Origin: an uncultured Chloroflexia bacterium
Lineage (GTDB): Bacteria > Chloroflexota > Limnocylindria > Limnocylindrales > CSP1-4
Direction: 5' to 3'
Assembly (NCBI GenBank): GCA_963766655.1
Contig: CAVYBB010000002.1
Location: 755,329 to 819,328 of the forward strand
DNA: 64,000 nucleotides
The position numbers were made by a program, and so were the translations under genes. The notes below the pieces were generated by a model. That model ran no database searches. It saw only the letters and a program-made list of their open reading frames with translations, and was not told where the DNA came from. This document shows, piece after piece, positions 9,376 through 18,478 of this stretch; within the stretch, counting starts at the first letter, position 1, and every line of letters begins with the position of its first letter.

Positions 9376-9378
9376 CGC

Positions 9379-10812
9379 ATGAAAAGCGCGACCAGGGAGT
9401 TTTGCTCGCACGATGACGACGCCCCTTTGATGCGCCGCTCCACGCCATCCTCCGGGTGGTCCTGGCCAGGGACCCGCTCGAACGGCCGGCGATTCCGTCG
9501 CTTCTCCTTCATCCTTCTCGTACCGCTGCTGTTCGGTGGATTGGGCACGCCCGGCGCGCCCGTCACGCCCGCGCACGCGGACGAGCTCGCGGATGCCAAG
9601 GCGAAGCAGGCCGCGCTCGCCAAGCAGATCGCCGAGCAGAAGGCGGCCGTCGAGCAGATCACCGCGCTCCAGGTGGACCTGAACAAGCAGATCGCCTCGA
9701 CGAAGCGCGAGCTCTCGAGCATCAACGCCGACCTGGCCTCGGTCCGCGTGTCGATCAACCAGATGGTCGTCAAGGTCGCGGCCGTCCAGAAGCAGTACTT
9801 CTCGCTCGTGGCGCGCCTGCAGCTCCTCGACAACCAGCTTGCCAACCTCGGCAAGCAGGAGAGCCACAAGCGATCGGAGCTCGGTGAACGCAAGGCCCTC
9901 CTCGCGGGTCGCATCCGGTCGGCCTACGAGACGGACCGCACGACGATCCTCGAGACGTTCCTTGCCGGCGGTTCCTTCACCGACGTGATCAGCGAGGTCG
10001 GTTACATCAACGACTTCGCCGAGCAGGACAAGATGCTGGCGCAGCAGATCGTCCGCGACCAGGAGGCGCTCGCGTCCATCCACCAGACGGTCGAGGCGAC
10101 GCGCGGCCAGACCGACACCCTCAGGGTCGAGACCGCGAAGCAGAAGGCGGAGCTCGACGTGCAGCTCAAGACGCTCAAGGAGGCGCAGGCCTACCTCAAG
10201 AAGCTCGAGAAGGAGACGGCCAGGGCCCTCTCGATCCAGAAGTCGGCGTATTCGAAGCTGATCAGGAACAAGACCGACCTCGCCAAGGCGATCACGACGA
10301 CGGCCGCCGCCCAGAAGGCGCTCTCGGCGCAGATCGCGAGCCTCGTCAAGAAGCAGTACTCGCTCGGGAACATCCCGTCGCAGTACAACGGCACGCTGAA
10401 GTGGCCGATGGCCGGCAACGTGACCAACGAATTCGGCTGCAGCACCTACCCGGGCTACGGGCCCGGCAACGGCTGCGCCCACTTCCACAACGGCATCGAC
10501 ATCGTGGCCGGCAGCGGCTGCGGGGCGCCGATCAAGGCGGCCGGTGACGGACGGATCGGCTATGTCGGCTGGAACTACGCAGACGGCGGCGACCCGGCAT
10601 GGATCGTCGTGATCGTCCATTCGCAGGACCTCCAGACGTGGTACGCCCACATGAAGGCCAACACCTACCCGGGCGGCATCCGGGCGGGCTCGACCGTGCA
10701 GACGGGCCAGGTCATCGGCTACGAGGGGAACACCGGCCGATCGACCGGTTGCCACCTCCACTGGATGGTCGACTACAACGGCTCGTTCCGGAACCCGCGG
10801 CTCTTCGTCTAG
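9379..10812 (+). CDS. Secreted M23 metallopeptidase with long N-terminal coiled coil (EnvC-like murein hydrolase or activator)
   Basis: Signal-like FSFILLVPLLFGGLG...AHA is followed by heptad-rich sequence. The C-terminal part has HFHNGIDI ... GNTGRSTGCHLHW (HxxxD and HxH motifs). Confidence 0.85.
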   Translation: MKSATREFCSHDDDAPLMRRSTPSSGWSWPGTRSNGRRFRRFSFILLVPLLFGGLGTPGAPVTPAHADELADAKAKQAALAKQIAEQKAAVEQITALQVDLNKQIASTKRELSSINADLASVRVSINQMVVKVAAVQKQYFSLVARLQLLDNQLANLGKQESHKRSELGERKALLAGRIRSAYETDRTTILETFLAGGSFTDVISEVGYINDFAEQDKMLAQQIVRDQEALASIHQTVEATRGQTDTLRVETAKQKAELDVQLKTLKEAQAYLKKLEKETARALSIQKSAYSKLIRNKTDLAKAITTTAAAQKALSAQIASLVKKQYSLGNIPSQYNGTLKWPMAGNVTNEFGCSTYPGYGPGNGCAHFHNGIDIVAGSGCGAPIKAAGDGRIGYVGWNYADGGDPAWIVVIVHSQDLQTWYAHMKANTYPGGIRAGSTVQTGQVIGYEGNTGRSTGCHLHWMVDYNGSFRNPRLFV

Positions 10813-10906
10813 GTCGTCACGCACCACCTCCAGGGGATGCGCCGGCGTGTCGAGACGTTCACCAACGCATAACGGCCCCCGACGGGGCGCGTGCTAGCAT
10901 CCGCAG

Positions 10907-12337
10907 ATGAAGCGGACGATGGCGGTGATCCTCGCAGGGGGCGAGGGAGAACGCCTGTCGATCCTGTCTGCGGTCCGTGCAAAGCCGGCCGTTCCGTTCG
11001 GCGGCAAGTACCGGATCATCGACTTCACGCTGTCGAATTGCGTCAACTCCGAGATCGACAACGTCGTCGTCCTGACGCAGTACAACCCGCGCTCGCTCAA
11101 TGACCACATCGGGCTGGGCCGGCCATGGGACCTCGACCGGAACTACGGCGGCGTCAAGATGCTCCAGCCCTACATCGCTCGCGGGCGAGTGGCGGAGTGG
11201 TATCGGGGAACGGCCGACGCGGTCCTCCAGAACTTCAACGTCATCGAGCACGATTCGTCGGACACGATCCTCGTCCTCGCCGGCGACCACATCTACAAGA
11301 TGGACTACCAGCCGTTCCTCGCCGCGCATCGCCGCAAGCGCGCCGACGTGACGATCGCCGTCCGCCACGTCCCGCTCTCCGACGCCAGCCGGATGGGCGT
11401 CCTCGCGCTCGACGACAACGACCGGGTCATCGAGTGGCAGGAGAAGCCGAAGGTCCCCAAGAGCGATCTCGCCTCGATGGGCGTCTACGTCTTCTCGAAG
11501 AAGGCGCTCCGCCGCTGGCTCGGCGACGATCGGATCGACTTCGGCCGGCACGTGATCCCGGCGATGCTCGACTCCCAGGCACGGGTCTTCGGCTATCGCT
11601 ACGAGGGTTACTGGCAGGACGTCGGGACGATCCAGTCCTACTGGGAGGCGAACCTGGCGCTCCTCCAGGACAACGCCGAGCTCGACCTCTACGACAAGGG
11701 CTGGGTCATCCACACCCGCTCCGAGGAGCGCGCGCCGGCCAAGGTCGGCCCGACGGCCCAGGTCCACCGAAGCCTCATCTCGCACGGCTGCATGATCGAA
11801 GGGACGGTCGTCAACTCGGTCCTCTCGCCGGGCGTGCGCGTCGGGGTGGGTGCCGTCATCCGCGACTCGATCATCATGTTCGACTGCGTCATTCGATCCG
11901 GCGCAGTCGTCGACCGCTCGATCCTCGACAAGGAGGTCATCGTCGGCCAGGGCGCGATCGTCGGCGACGGGCCGGATTTCGACACGCCGAACCGGCAGGA
12001 GCCGGGTCGCCTGAACACCGGCATCACCGTGGTCGGGAAGCGGGCGATCATCCCGCGCGGGGCGCGGATCGGGCGGAACGTGAAGGTCGCCAGCGACGTC
12101 CGGGCGACCGACTTCCTGACGAAGGTCATCCGGGACGGCGCCTCGGTCGACGCCGGGGCGGGCGCCGCCCGCCAGAAGCGGGCCGCCGCCAGGTCGGTGA
12201 TGGTCGCCGAGGATGCAGCCAAGCGGGTCAACGGGTCGACCAACGGCACCGATGCCGCGGTCGCGGTCGCCCGCGGTGGTGCGGCATCGGGTCAGGGCCG
12301 CCGCCGAACCGCGATGTCGGCGGCCGCCAAGGACTGA
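10907..12337 (+). CDS. glgC: Glucose-1-phosphate adenylyltransferase
   Basis: Contains [43 protein letters not shown] and a left-handed beta-helix C-terminal part. There is an extra ~50-aa Ala/Gly-rich tail. Confidence 0.9.
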   Translation: MKRTMAVILAGGEGERLSILSAVRAKPAVPFGGKYRIIDFTLSNCVNSEIDNVVVLTQYNPRSLNDHIGLGRPWDLDRNYGGVKMLQPYIARGRVAEWYRGTADAVLQNFNVIEHDSSDTILVLAGDHIYKMDYQPFLAAHRRKRADVTIAVRHVPLSDASRMGVLALDDNDRVIEWQEKPKVPKSDLASMGVYVFSKKALRRWLGDDRIDFGRHVIPAMLDSQARVFGYRYEGYWQDVGTIQSYWEANLALLQDNAELDLYDKGWVIHTRSEERAPAKVGPTAQVHRSLISHGCMIEGTVVNSVLSPGVRVGVGAVIRDSIIMFDCVIRSGAVVDRSILDKEVIVGQGAIVGDGPDFDTPNRQEPGRLNTGITVVGKRAIIPRGARIGRNVKVASDVRATDFLTKVIRDGASVDAGAGAARQKRAAARSVMVAEDAAKRVNGSTNGTDAAVAVARGGAASGQGRRRTAMSAAAKD

Positions 12338-12342
12338 TCCGG

Positions 12343-12390
12343 CCCCCGCGCCGGCTCGCCCCCGCGCCGGCTCGCCCCCGCGCCGGCTCC
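12343..12390. repeat. 16-bp tandem repeat x3 (CCCCCGCGCCGGCTCG)
   Basis: Three exact or near-exact head-to-tail units begin 6 nt after the glgC stop. Confidence 0.85.
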
Positions 12391-12489
12391 CCCCATGACG
12401 TGGCGCGGCGTCCGGAATCGGAGCTCGTTGGACCGGAGACGCGCGCGCTCCCGGTTGGGCGGTCCCGGCTAGACTCCCCGTGAGTGTCA

Positions 12490-12660
12490 TGCTCGTCCGC
12501 GTCTCACGGCTTGGCTCTTAGGCTCCCTGTCCACCCGATGGGTGTGGCTTCCATGCGTTTTGCCGGCCGTGAGACGCGATGGACCGGCCGGCGTGACTTG
12601 ATAGGAGCGTGGCTTCGCCCCGACTCAGGTGTGTCCGCCGACCGGCCCTTGGTCACCTCG
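12490..12660 (+). ncRNA. Candidate IS110 bridge/guide RNA in the 5' leader of the transposase
   Basis: Two stem-loops are present. Stem 1 pairs GCGTCTCACGGC (12499-12510) with GCCGTGAGACGC (12566-12577), a perfect 12 bp. Stem 2 pairs CCGGCCGGCG (12584-12593) with CGCCGACCGG (12636-12645). Loop 1 contains GGCTCTTAGGCTCCCTGT, which resembles GGCTAGACTCCCCGT at 12467-12481. Loop 2 contains CTTGATAGGAG, which resembles CTTGACATAGGAG at 13712-13724. Confidence 0.35.
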
Positions 12661-12680
12661 GATGAGGAGGAGACACGGAC

Positions 12681-13721
12681 ATGGTCGTCCTGGGCGCGGA
12701 TCTGCACAAGCGGAGTCACACCATCGTCGTGATCGATGCAACGAGTCGGCAGCTGGCCGAGAAGACGATCCCGGCGACGGACGCGGGGCATCTCGAGCTG
12801 CGCCGCTGGGCGGCGCAATGGCCCGAGCGGAGATGGGGTCTCGAGGACTGCCGCCACCTGTCGCGCCGGCTCGATGCCGAGCTCGTCCGGGCCGGCGAGT
12901 CGGTCGTGCGCGTCTCGCCCAAGCTCATGGCCGGCGCTCGCCGCTCCGGACGGGAGCCCGGCAAGAGCGACCCGATCGATGCCCTCGCCGTCGCCCGAGC
13001 TGTCCTGCGTGAGCCAGACCTCCCAGTCGCATCCCTCGATGGCCCCGATCGCCAGGTGCGACTCCTGATCGACCATCGCGAGGACCTCGTCGGCGAACGG
13101 ACCCGCCACGAACAGCGCCTGCGTTGGTTCCTCGTCGAGCTGGCCGTCGCCGAGCCCGCACCCCGCTCGCTCGGTCGTCTGGTGGTCCAGACCGCGCTCA
13201 GCGCAACACTCGCCGGTCGGACCGAGCCGGTGGCCCGCTTCGCCCGTGACCTGCTGGTCCGGATCGCCGAGCTGAGCGCCACCATCCGGACCCTCGAGCA
13301 AGAGATCGAGGTCCTGGTCCGGACCGCGGCGCCGACGCTCCTGGCCTTGCCCGGCTGCGGCGCCCTGACGGCGGCCAAGATCATCGGCGAGGCGGCCGGG
13401 GTCAGCCGCTTCCGGTCCAAGGAGGCCTTCGCCCGGCATAACGGCTCGGCTCCGGTCCCGGTCTGGTCGGGCAACGTCGTCCGTCACCGACTCAACCGCG
13501 GCGGCAACCGCCAGCTCAACGTCGCCCTCCACCGGATCGCCATCACCCAGATCCGGCTGGCTGGTCCGGGCAAGGCGTACCTCGACCACCGCCAAGCCAC
13601 GGGCGACACCAGGACCGAAGCCATTCGAGCGCTTCGCCGCCGTCTGAGCGACGAGGTTTCGACGCCTGCGGGCGGACGAGGCCGCCGGTTCGACCGGCTT
13701 GGCCGTCGCCGCTTGACATAG
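12681..13721 (+). CDS. IS110-family transposase/recombinase (DEDD N-terminal domain plus Transposase_20 C-terminal domain)
   Basis: Contains MVVLGADLHKRSHT..., GKSDPIDALAVARA, LLALPGCGALTAAKIIGE, SGN..RHRLNRGGNRQLN..LH. A GGAGGAG RBS lies upstream. Confidence 0.9.
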   Translation: MVVLGADLHKRSHTIVVIDATSRQLAEKTIPATDAGHLELRRWAAQWPERRWGLEDCRHLSRRLDAELVRAGESVVRVSPKLMAGARRSGREPGKSDPIDALAVARAVLREPDLPVASLDGPDRQVRLLIDHREDLVGERTRHEQRLRWFLVELAVAEPAPRSLGRLVVQTALSATLAGRTEPVARFARDLLVRIAELSATIRTLEQEIEVLVRTAAPTLLALPGCGALTAAKIIGEAAGVSRFRSKEAFARHNGSAPVPVWSGNVVRHRLNRGGNRQLNVALHRIAITQIRLAGPGKAYLDHRQATGDTRTEAIRALRRRLSDEVSTPAGGRGRRFDRLGRRRLT

Positions 13722-13730
13722 GAGAAACGC

Positions 13731-14270
13731 ATGCCATCAGCCGACCAGGAAGCCAGCGTGCGTCCGGCCGACGTCGAGCGCTGGCTCGGCGAGCTCGGGC
13801 TCACCGTCGAGGCGCGATCTGACCGCGAGGGCATCACGTCGTGGGACCTCCGCCTGGACGGCCGGCGGCGGTTCGACCTGCCCGTCACCCTGATCCTCGA
13901 TCCGGCGCTGGCGCTCATCTGCTGGGTCCACTACGCTCCGCCGATCGGCGACGCGTTCCGCAAGTCGTATCGGCGCCTCCTCCGCTGGAACGACGAGTTC
14001 CCGTTCGCCAAGTTCTCCCTGGCCGAGGACGAGCGGCCCGTCCTCGCGTCGGAGCTGCCGATCCGGACCCTCGATCGTGACGAGCTCGGCCTGGCGCTCG
14101 CGCGCTCGCTCGTGATCAGCGATCGGCTCCTGGACGAGTCGGCATCGTGGATCTGGATCGGTGGCGCGATCCCGGACACCGCGGGCCGGCGCAGCCGCGG
14201 CGAGGCCCTGATCGCGCGATATGCGGACCGGATGCCCGAACTCCTCGAGGAACTGGTGACGGAGCCGTGA
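13731..14270 (+). CDS. YbjN-like (putative chaperone / sensory-transduction-regulator fold) protein
   Basis: 179 aa. The pattern WDLRLDG...FDLPVTLILDP..LALICWVHYAP...LLRWNDEFPFAKFSLAEDERPVL is typical of the YbjN/DUF1821 family as I recall it. The stop overlaps the next start (GTGA). Confidence 0.55.
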   Translation: MPSADQEASVRPADVERWLGELGLTVEARSDREGITSWDLRLDGRRRFDLPVTLILDPALALICWVHYAPPIGDAFRKSYRRLLRWNDEFPFAKFSLAEDERPVLASELPIRTLDRDELGLALARSLVISDRLLDESASWIWIGGAIPDTAGRRSRGEALIARYADRMPELLEELVTEP

Positions 14271-16357
14271 GCAGCCGCGGCCTGGGCCTCGCCGGGCTGC
14301 TCGTCGCCCTTGCGGCCTCGCTCGCGCCTGCCGTCGCGCCGGTCGCCCGGGCAGCCACCCCGGACCTGACACTCACCGCGGACACCCGCTACGACGTCGA
14401 TCCCGACCACGGCCGGATCCACGTCACGGCGACACTCACCGCGACCAACCACCTCAAGGACACCAAGACCAGGCTCTACTACTTCGATCGCGCCTACCTC
14501 GCCGTCCAGCCCGGCACGACGGGGTTCAGGATCACGTCCGACACCGGCGTGCCGACCGTCAGGCTGACGTCGAAGAACGCGGAACGAAACCTCCTCCAGA
14601 TCAACTTCAACAAGCGCCTGCTGGCGGGCGCGACGCGGACATTCACCCTCACGTTCGACATTCCCGATCCCGGCGGCGCCCCGACCCGCGACGTCCGGAT
14701 CGGCGCGAGCCTGGTCACGTTCGGAGCGTGGGCCTTCGCAAGCGACTCGACGCCCGGCGGCAGCGTCACGGTCGTCTTCCCGTCCGGGTACGCCGTCGAC
14801 GTCCAGACCGGCGCCGTCGGGAAGCCCAGGACGGACGGCACGGGCCGGACGATCTTCTCGAGCGGCACGCTGGCTCAGCCGCTCTCCTTCTTCGCCTACT
14901 TCGTCGCCGATCGCCCGAATGCCTACACCGAGACGCTCCATCCGGTCCGGGTCGACGGACGGCCGCTCGGCATCGCGATCCGGGCGTGGCCCGACGATCC
15001 GGCGTGGGGCGTACGCGTGGGTGCACTGCTCGAGCGAGCCGTGCCGGCCCTGTCCGAGCGGCTCGGGCTGCCGTGGATCGCCGCCGACCCGCTCGTCGTG
15101 GCCGAGGCGATCAACCGGTCGACCGCCGGCTATTCCGGTCGCTACGACCCGGCGACCGGGCGGATCGAGATCGCCTACTACGCCGATTTGTTCGTCGCGC
15201 TCCACGAGGCCGCCCACGCCTGGTTCAACGGGGCGCTGCTCGCCGATCGCTGGGCGAACGAGGGCTTCGCGTCGTGGTACGCGCTCGACGGCGCGTCGGC
15301 GATCGGCGAGAAGGTGACCGTCACGCCGCTCACGCCTGAGCTTGCCGCCCGGAAGATCCCCCTCAATGCCTGGGGGCCCGTCGGGTCGAGCGACATCGCG
15401 ACCGAGGATTTCGGCTACGCGGCCTCGGCGGAGCTTGCGCGGTTGATCGCCGAACGGGCGGGCCCGAGCGGTCTCGCCAGCGTCTGGAATGCCGCCCGGC
15501 TGGGTATCGGGGCGTACCAGCCGGCCGGACTGGACGCGCCCGATCGGAGGCTGTCGGGTGCCCCGATGGGCGGCCCGGGCAATTCCATGGGGGCGGACAC
15601 CCGGCAGGCAGAGGCGGGCGCCGGGCCACCGGACTGGCGCGGGCTCCTCGACCTGCTCGAGGACCGGACAGGCAGGACGTACGACGATCTGTGGCGCACC
15701 TGGGTCGTTCGCCCCGGCGAGACGTCGCTGCTCGACGCACGGTCCGCCGCACGGCGCCGGTACGACACGGTCGTGTCCCGGGCCGGCGATTGGCAGCTGC
15801 CCTCGAGCGTCCGTGAGGCGATGCGGGCCTGGCAGTTCGAGGCGGCCACGGAGCTCCTCGACGCGGCCGACGGGGCACTCGACGATCGCGATGCGGTCAG
15901 GGCGGCGGCTGCCACGGCGAAGCTCAGCTTGCCGCACGGCCTGGAGGCCGCGTTCGAGAGCGATGCCGGCTTCGCCGCGGCGGCGACCGAGGCCGACGCG
16001 GAGCTCGCGGCAATCGAAGCGTACTCGCGGGCCCAGCGGGCGCGGCCGCTCGAACCGGGTGTCGTCGAACAGGTCGGGCTGCTGTGGACGACACCGGACG
16101 TCGACCTCGCCCGCGCCGGGGCCGCCTTCGAGAGCGGCGATCTTCGAGGATCCGTGGAGGCGAGCAACGCGGCCCTCGTGGCCTGGGAACGCGCGCCCGA
16201 CGTGGGCAGGGGCAGGATCACGACGAGCCTCGCGGCGGCCCTCGTCGCGATCGTCATGGTCGGCTTCTTCCTCGGGTGGGTCCGGGGCCTCCGGGCACGG
16301 CGGCTGATGCGGCGGCGCCGCGCGATGGCGCGCCCGATCGCCCGGGGCAGACCATGA
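14267..16357 (+). CDS. Exported, C-terminally membrane-anchored MA-clan zinc metallopeptidase-like protein (paralog 1)
   Basis: GTG start overlaps the upstream stop. Signal peptide is GLGLAGLLVALAASLAPAVAPVARA. The gluzincin motif is LHEAAHAWFNG...WANEGFASWYA (HExxH plus downstream E). The C-terminal TM helix is LAAALVAIVMVGFFLGWV, followed by an Arg-rich tail. Confidence 0.7.
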   Translation: MSSRGLGLAGLLVALAASLAPAVAPVARAATPDLTLTADTRYDVDPDHGRIHVTATLTATNHLKDTKTRLYYFDRAYLAVQPGTTGFRITSDTGVPTVRLTSKNAERNLLQINFNKRLLAGATRTFTLTFDIPDPGGAPTRDVRIGASLVTFGAWAFASDSTPGGSVTVVFPSGYAVDVQTGAVGKPRTDGTGRTIFSSGTLAQPLSFFAYFVADRPNAYTETLHPVRVDGRPLGIAIRAWPDDPAWGVRVGALLERAVPALSERLGLPWIAADPLVVAEAINRSTAGYSGRYDPATGRIEIAYYADLFVALHEAAHAWFNGALLADRWANEGFASWYALDGASAIGEKVTVTPLTPELAARKIPLNAWGPVGSSDIATEDFGYAASAELARLIAERAGPSGLASVWNAARLGIGAYQPAGLDAPDRRLSGAPMGGPGNSMGADTRQAEAGAGPPDWRGLLDLLEDRTGRTYDDLWRTWVVRPGETSLLDARSAARRRYDTVVSRAGDWQLPSSVREAMRAWQFEAATELLDAADGALDDRDAVRAAAATAKLSLPHGLEAAFESDAGFAAAATEADAELAAIEAYSRAQRARPLEPGVVEQVGLLWTTPDVDLARAGAAFESGDLRGSVEASNAALVAWERAPDVGRGRITTSLAAALVAIVMVGFFLGWVRGLRARRLMRRRRAMARPIARGRP

Positions 16358-18465
16358 CGTCCGTGGGCTCGCTGCGAGGCGCCCTGGTCCGCGGCGCCGC
16401 GGTCGTCGCGCTCGTCCTCGCGACGCTCCTCGGGCCCGCCGGGGCATCGCCGGCGCTCGCCGCCGATGACGCCCTGACGCTCGTCTCGAGCACGTCGTAC
16501 ACCCTCGTCCCCGACGGGGGCCTCGTCCACGTGACGGTCGACCTCACCGCGACGAACATCAAGCCGAACCTGGTCGAGCAGACACCGATCGGGACCCGCA
16601 CGACCTCCTTCTTCTTCGATGCGGCCGAGATCGCCGTCCAGGCCGAGGCGACCGGGATCCGGGCGTCGGCGGGCAAGGCGAAGCTCACGACGAAGGTGAC
16701 CTCTCAAGTCGGCTACACCCTCCTCAAGGTCAGCTTCCTGCACGACCTCCAGTACAAGGAATCGACGAAGTTCCGCGTGGACTTCGACCTTCCGGGCGGG
16801 GCGCCGCGGTCCGACAGCGACATCCGCGTCGGATCGGCCTTCGCGACGTTCTACGCCTGGGCGTTCGGCGACAGCGGTGATGTCCGGATCGTCATCCCGG
16901 CGGGCTTCGACGTCGAGACGACGGGCTCGTCGATCGACAAGTCGGCCGCCGCCGGCGTCACGACTCTGGCCGCAACGGGGATCAACGACACAGGGGAGTG
17001 GTACTCGGTCATCGTCGCGGACCGGCACGACGCGCTCACCCGCGACCGGCTCGACCTCGCCGGCGGCGAGCACCTGGTGATCCGGGCCTGGCCGGAGGAC
17101 ACGGAATGGGAGAAGCGGGTCGGCGACCTGTTGAGGATCGGCCTGCCCGATCTCGTCGACAAGCTCGGCCTCGATTGGCCGGTCGCGGGGGACATCGAGG
17201 TCGCCGAGGTCCACACCCCGCTCCTCGAGGGGTATGCGGGTGTCTTCTACACGACCGAGAACCGGATCGAGATCAGCGAGGACCTCGACGAGCTCACGAT
17301 CATCCACGAAGCGTCGCACGCCTGGTTCAACTCGGACCTCTTCGTCGGGCGCTGGATCGACGAGGGATTTGCCGACGAGTACGCCTCGCGGGTCCTCGAC
17401 GACGTGTCGGTCGGCGGGCTTCGACCAGACGCGGTGACCCCCACCTCCGAGGGGACGGTCGATCTCAACACCTGGACGCATCCCGGCCGGATCGACGATG
17501 AGGAGACGAGCAACCGCGAGCACTTCGGCTACGAGGCCTCGTGGACGGTGATCCGGACGCTGGTCCACGAGATCGGCGAGGACTCGATGCGGAAGGTGCT
17601 GGCTGCGGCGAACGCCACGGAGATTGCATACGTCGGGGCGACTGCCCCGGAGAAGGTGACGCTCAAGAACGACTGGCGGCGGTTCCTGGACCTGCTCGAG
17701 GAGTCCGGCGGCTCGACATCGGCGGAGGACCTGTTCCGGCGATGGGTCGTCTCGCCGGACCAGGAGCCGCTGCTCGACGCCCGGCATGATGCCCGAACCG
17801 CATACGCCGCGCTCCTCGACGCCGGGGATGGATGGCAGCCCGGCTACGTCGTCCGCGAACCGATGAGCCGCTGGGAGTTCGGCCGCGCCGGCCGGGAGAT
17901 GGACGAGGCGGAGGCAATCCTCGCCACCCGGGACGAGGTCGCGACCGCTGCCGGCACGCTCGGCGTCGCGCCGCCGGCGACGCTTCGCGAGGCGTACGAG
18001 GGCGCGACCGATGATCTCGACGGCGTCCGGGACCTGGCATCCGCCCAGCTCGCGACGGTCACGGCGCTCGAGGCCGCGACGGCCAGGGTCACGGCCGAGC
18101 GGGACGTGTTCACCTCGATCGGGCTGATCGGCGAGGACCCGGTTGCGCGGCTGGCCGCGGCATCGGCCGCGTTCTCCGCCGGCGACACGGCGGCCGCGGA
18201 TGCAACGGCTGCGTCGGTGGACGCGCTGGTCGCCGGCGCTGCCGATGCCGGCAGGGGCAGGACGCTCGTGGCCGGCGTTGCCGGGGCCGGTGTCCTGGTC
18301 CTCGGTGGCGGCGGGGTCGTGGCGCTCCGGCGGCGCCGTCGCCGGACCGCGCTGGTCGAAGCTCCCGAGCCGGAGCCGTACGCTACACTCGGCGGCCCAC
18401 GGCAGGTCGAGGCTGCCGTCGATGGACCGGCCGAGCCGGGAAACGCTGAAGGAGACGAGACGTGA
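16354..18465 (+). CDS. Exported, C-terminally membrane-anchored MA-clan zinc metallopeptidase-like protein (paralog 2)
   Basis: The start overlaps the upstream stop (ATGA). It is collinear with paralog 1: TLVSSTSYTLVPDGGLVHVTVDLTATN vs TLTADTRYDVDPDHGRIHVTATLTATN. Contains IIHEASHAWFNS...WIDEGFADEYA. The C-terminal TM helix is VAGVAGAGVLVLGGGGVVAL, followed by RRRRRR. Confidence 0.7.
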   Translation: MTSVGSLRGALVRGAAVVALVLATLLGPAGASPALAADDALTLVSSTSYTLVPDGGLVHVTVDLTATNIKPNLVEQTPIGTRTTSFFFDAAEIAVQAEATGIRASAGKAKLTTKVTSQVGYTLLKVSFLHDLQYKESTKFRVDFDLPGGAPRSDSDIRVGSAFATFYAWAFGDSGDVRIVIPAGFDVETTGSSIDKSAAAGVTTLAATGINDTGEWYSVIVADRHDALTRDRLDLAGGEHLVIRAWPEDTEWEKRVGDLLRIGLPDLVDKLGLDWPVAGDIEVAEVHTPLLEGYAGVFYTTENRIEISEDLDELTIIHEASHAWFNSDLFVGRWIDEGFADEYASRVLDDVSVGGLRPDAVTPTSEGTVDLNTWTHPGRIDDEETSNREHFGYEASWTVIRTLVHEIGEDSMRKVLAAANATEIAYVGATAPEKVTLKNDWRRFLDLLEESGGSTSAEDLFRRWVVSPDQEPLLDARHDARTAYAALLDAGDGWQPGYVVREPMSRWEFGRAGREMDEAEAILATRDEVATAAGTLGVAPPATLREAYEGATDDLDGVRDLASAQLATVTALEAATARVTAERDVFTSIGLIGEDPVARLAAASAAFSAGDTAAADATAASVDALVAGAADAGRGRTLVAGVAGAGVLVLGGGGVVALRRRRRRTALVEAPEPEPYATLGGPRQVEAAVDGPAEPGNAEGDET

Positions 18466-18478
18466 GGCTGGCCGGCTG

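Larger units (their letters stand above)
12400..13725 (+). mobile_element. IS110-family insertion sequence (boundaries approximate)
   Basis: It has a single DEDD-type transposase ORF, a ~200-nt structured leader and no terminal inverted repeats, as expected for IS110. The left limit lies somewhere in 12400-12480. The right limit is at or just after the transposase stop (13719-13721). Confidence 0.75.

Noticed and set aside
12343-12390. The 16-bp x3 repeat as terminal repeat or target-site duplication of the IS
   Set aside because: No matching copy exists at the right end, and IS110 elements lack terminal inverted repeats. It fits better with the post-stop minisatellite pattern seen at three other genes.
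18143-18478. Upstream 112 aa of ORF 18143..19513
   Set aside because: It overlaps the 3' end of the second metallopeptidase gene in another frame and is Arg/Pro-rich. The phosphoribosyltransferase homology begins at MGLTRTRP (18479).
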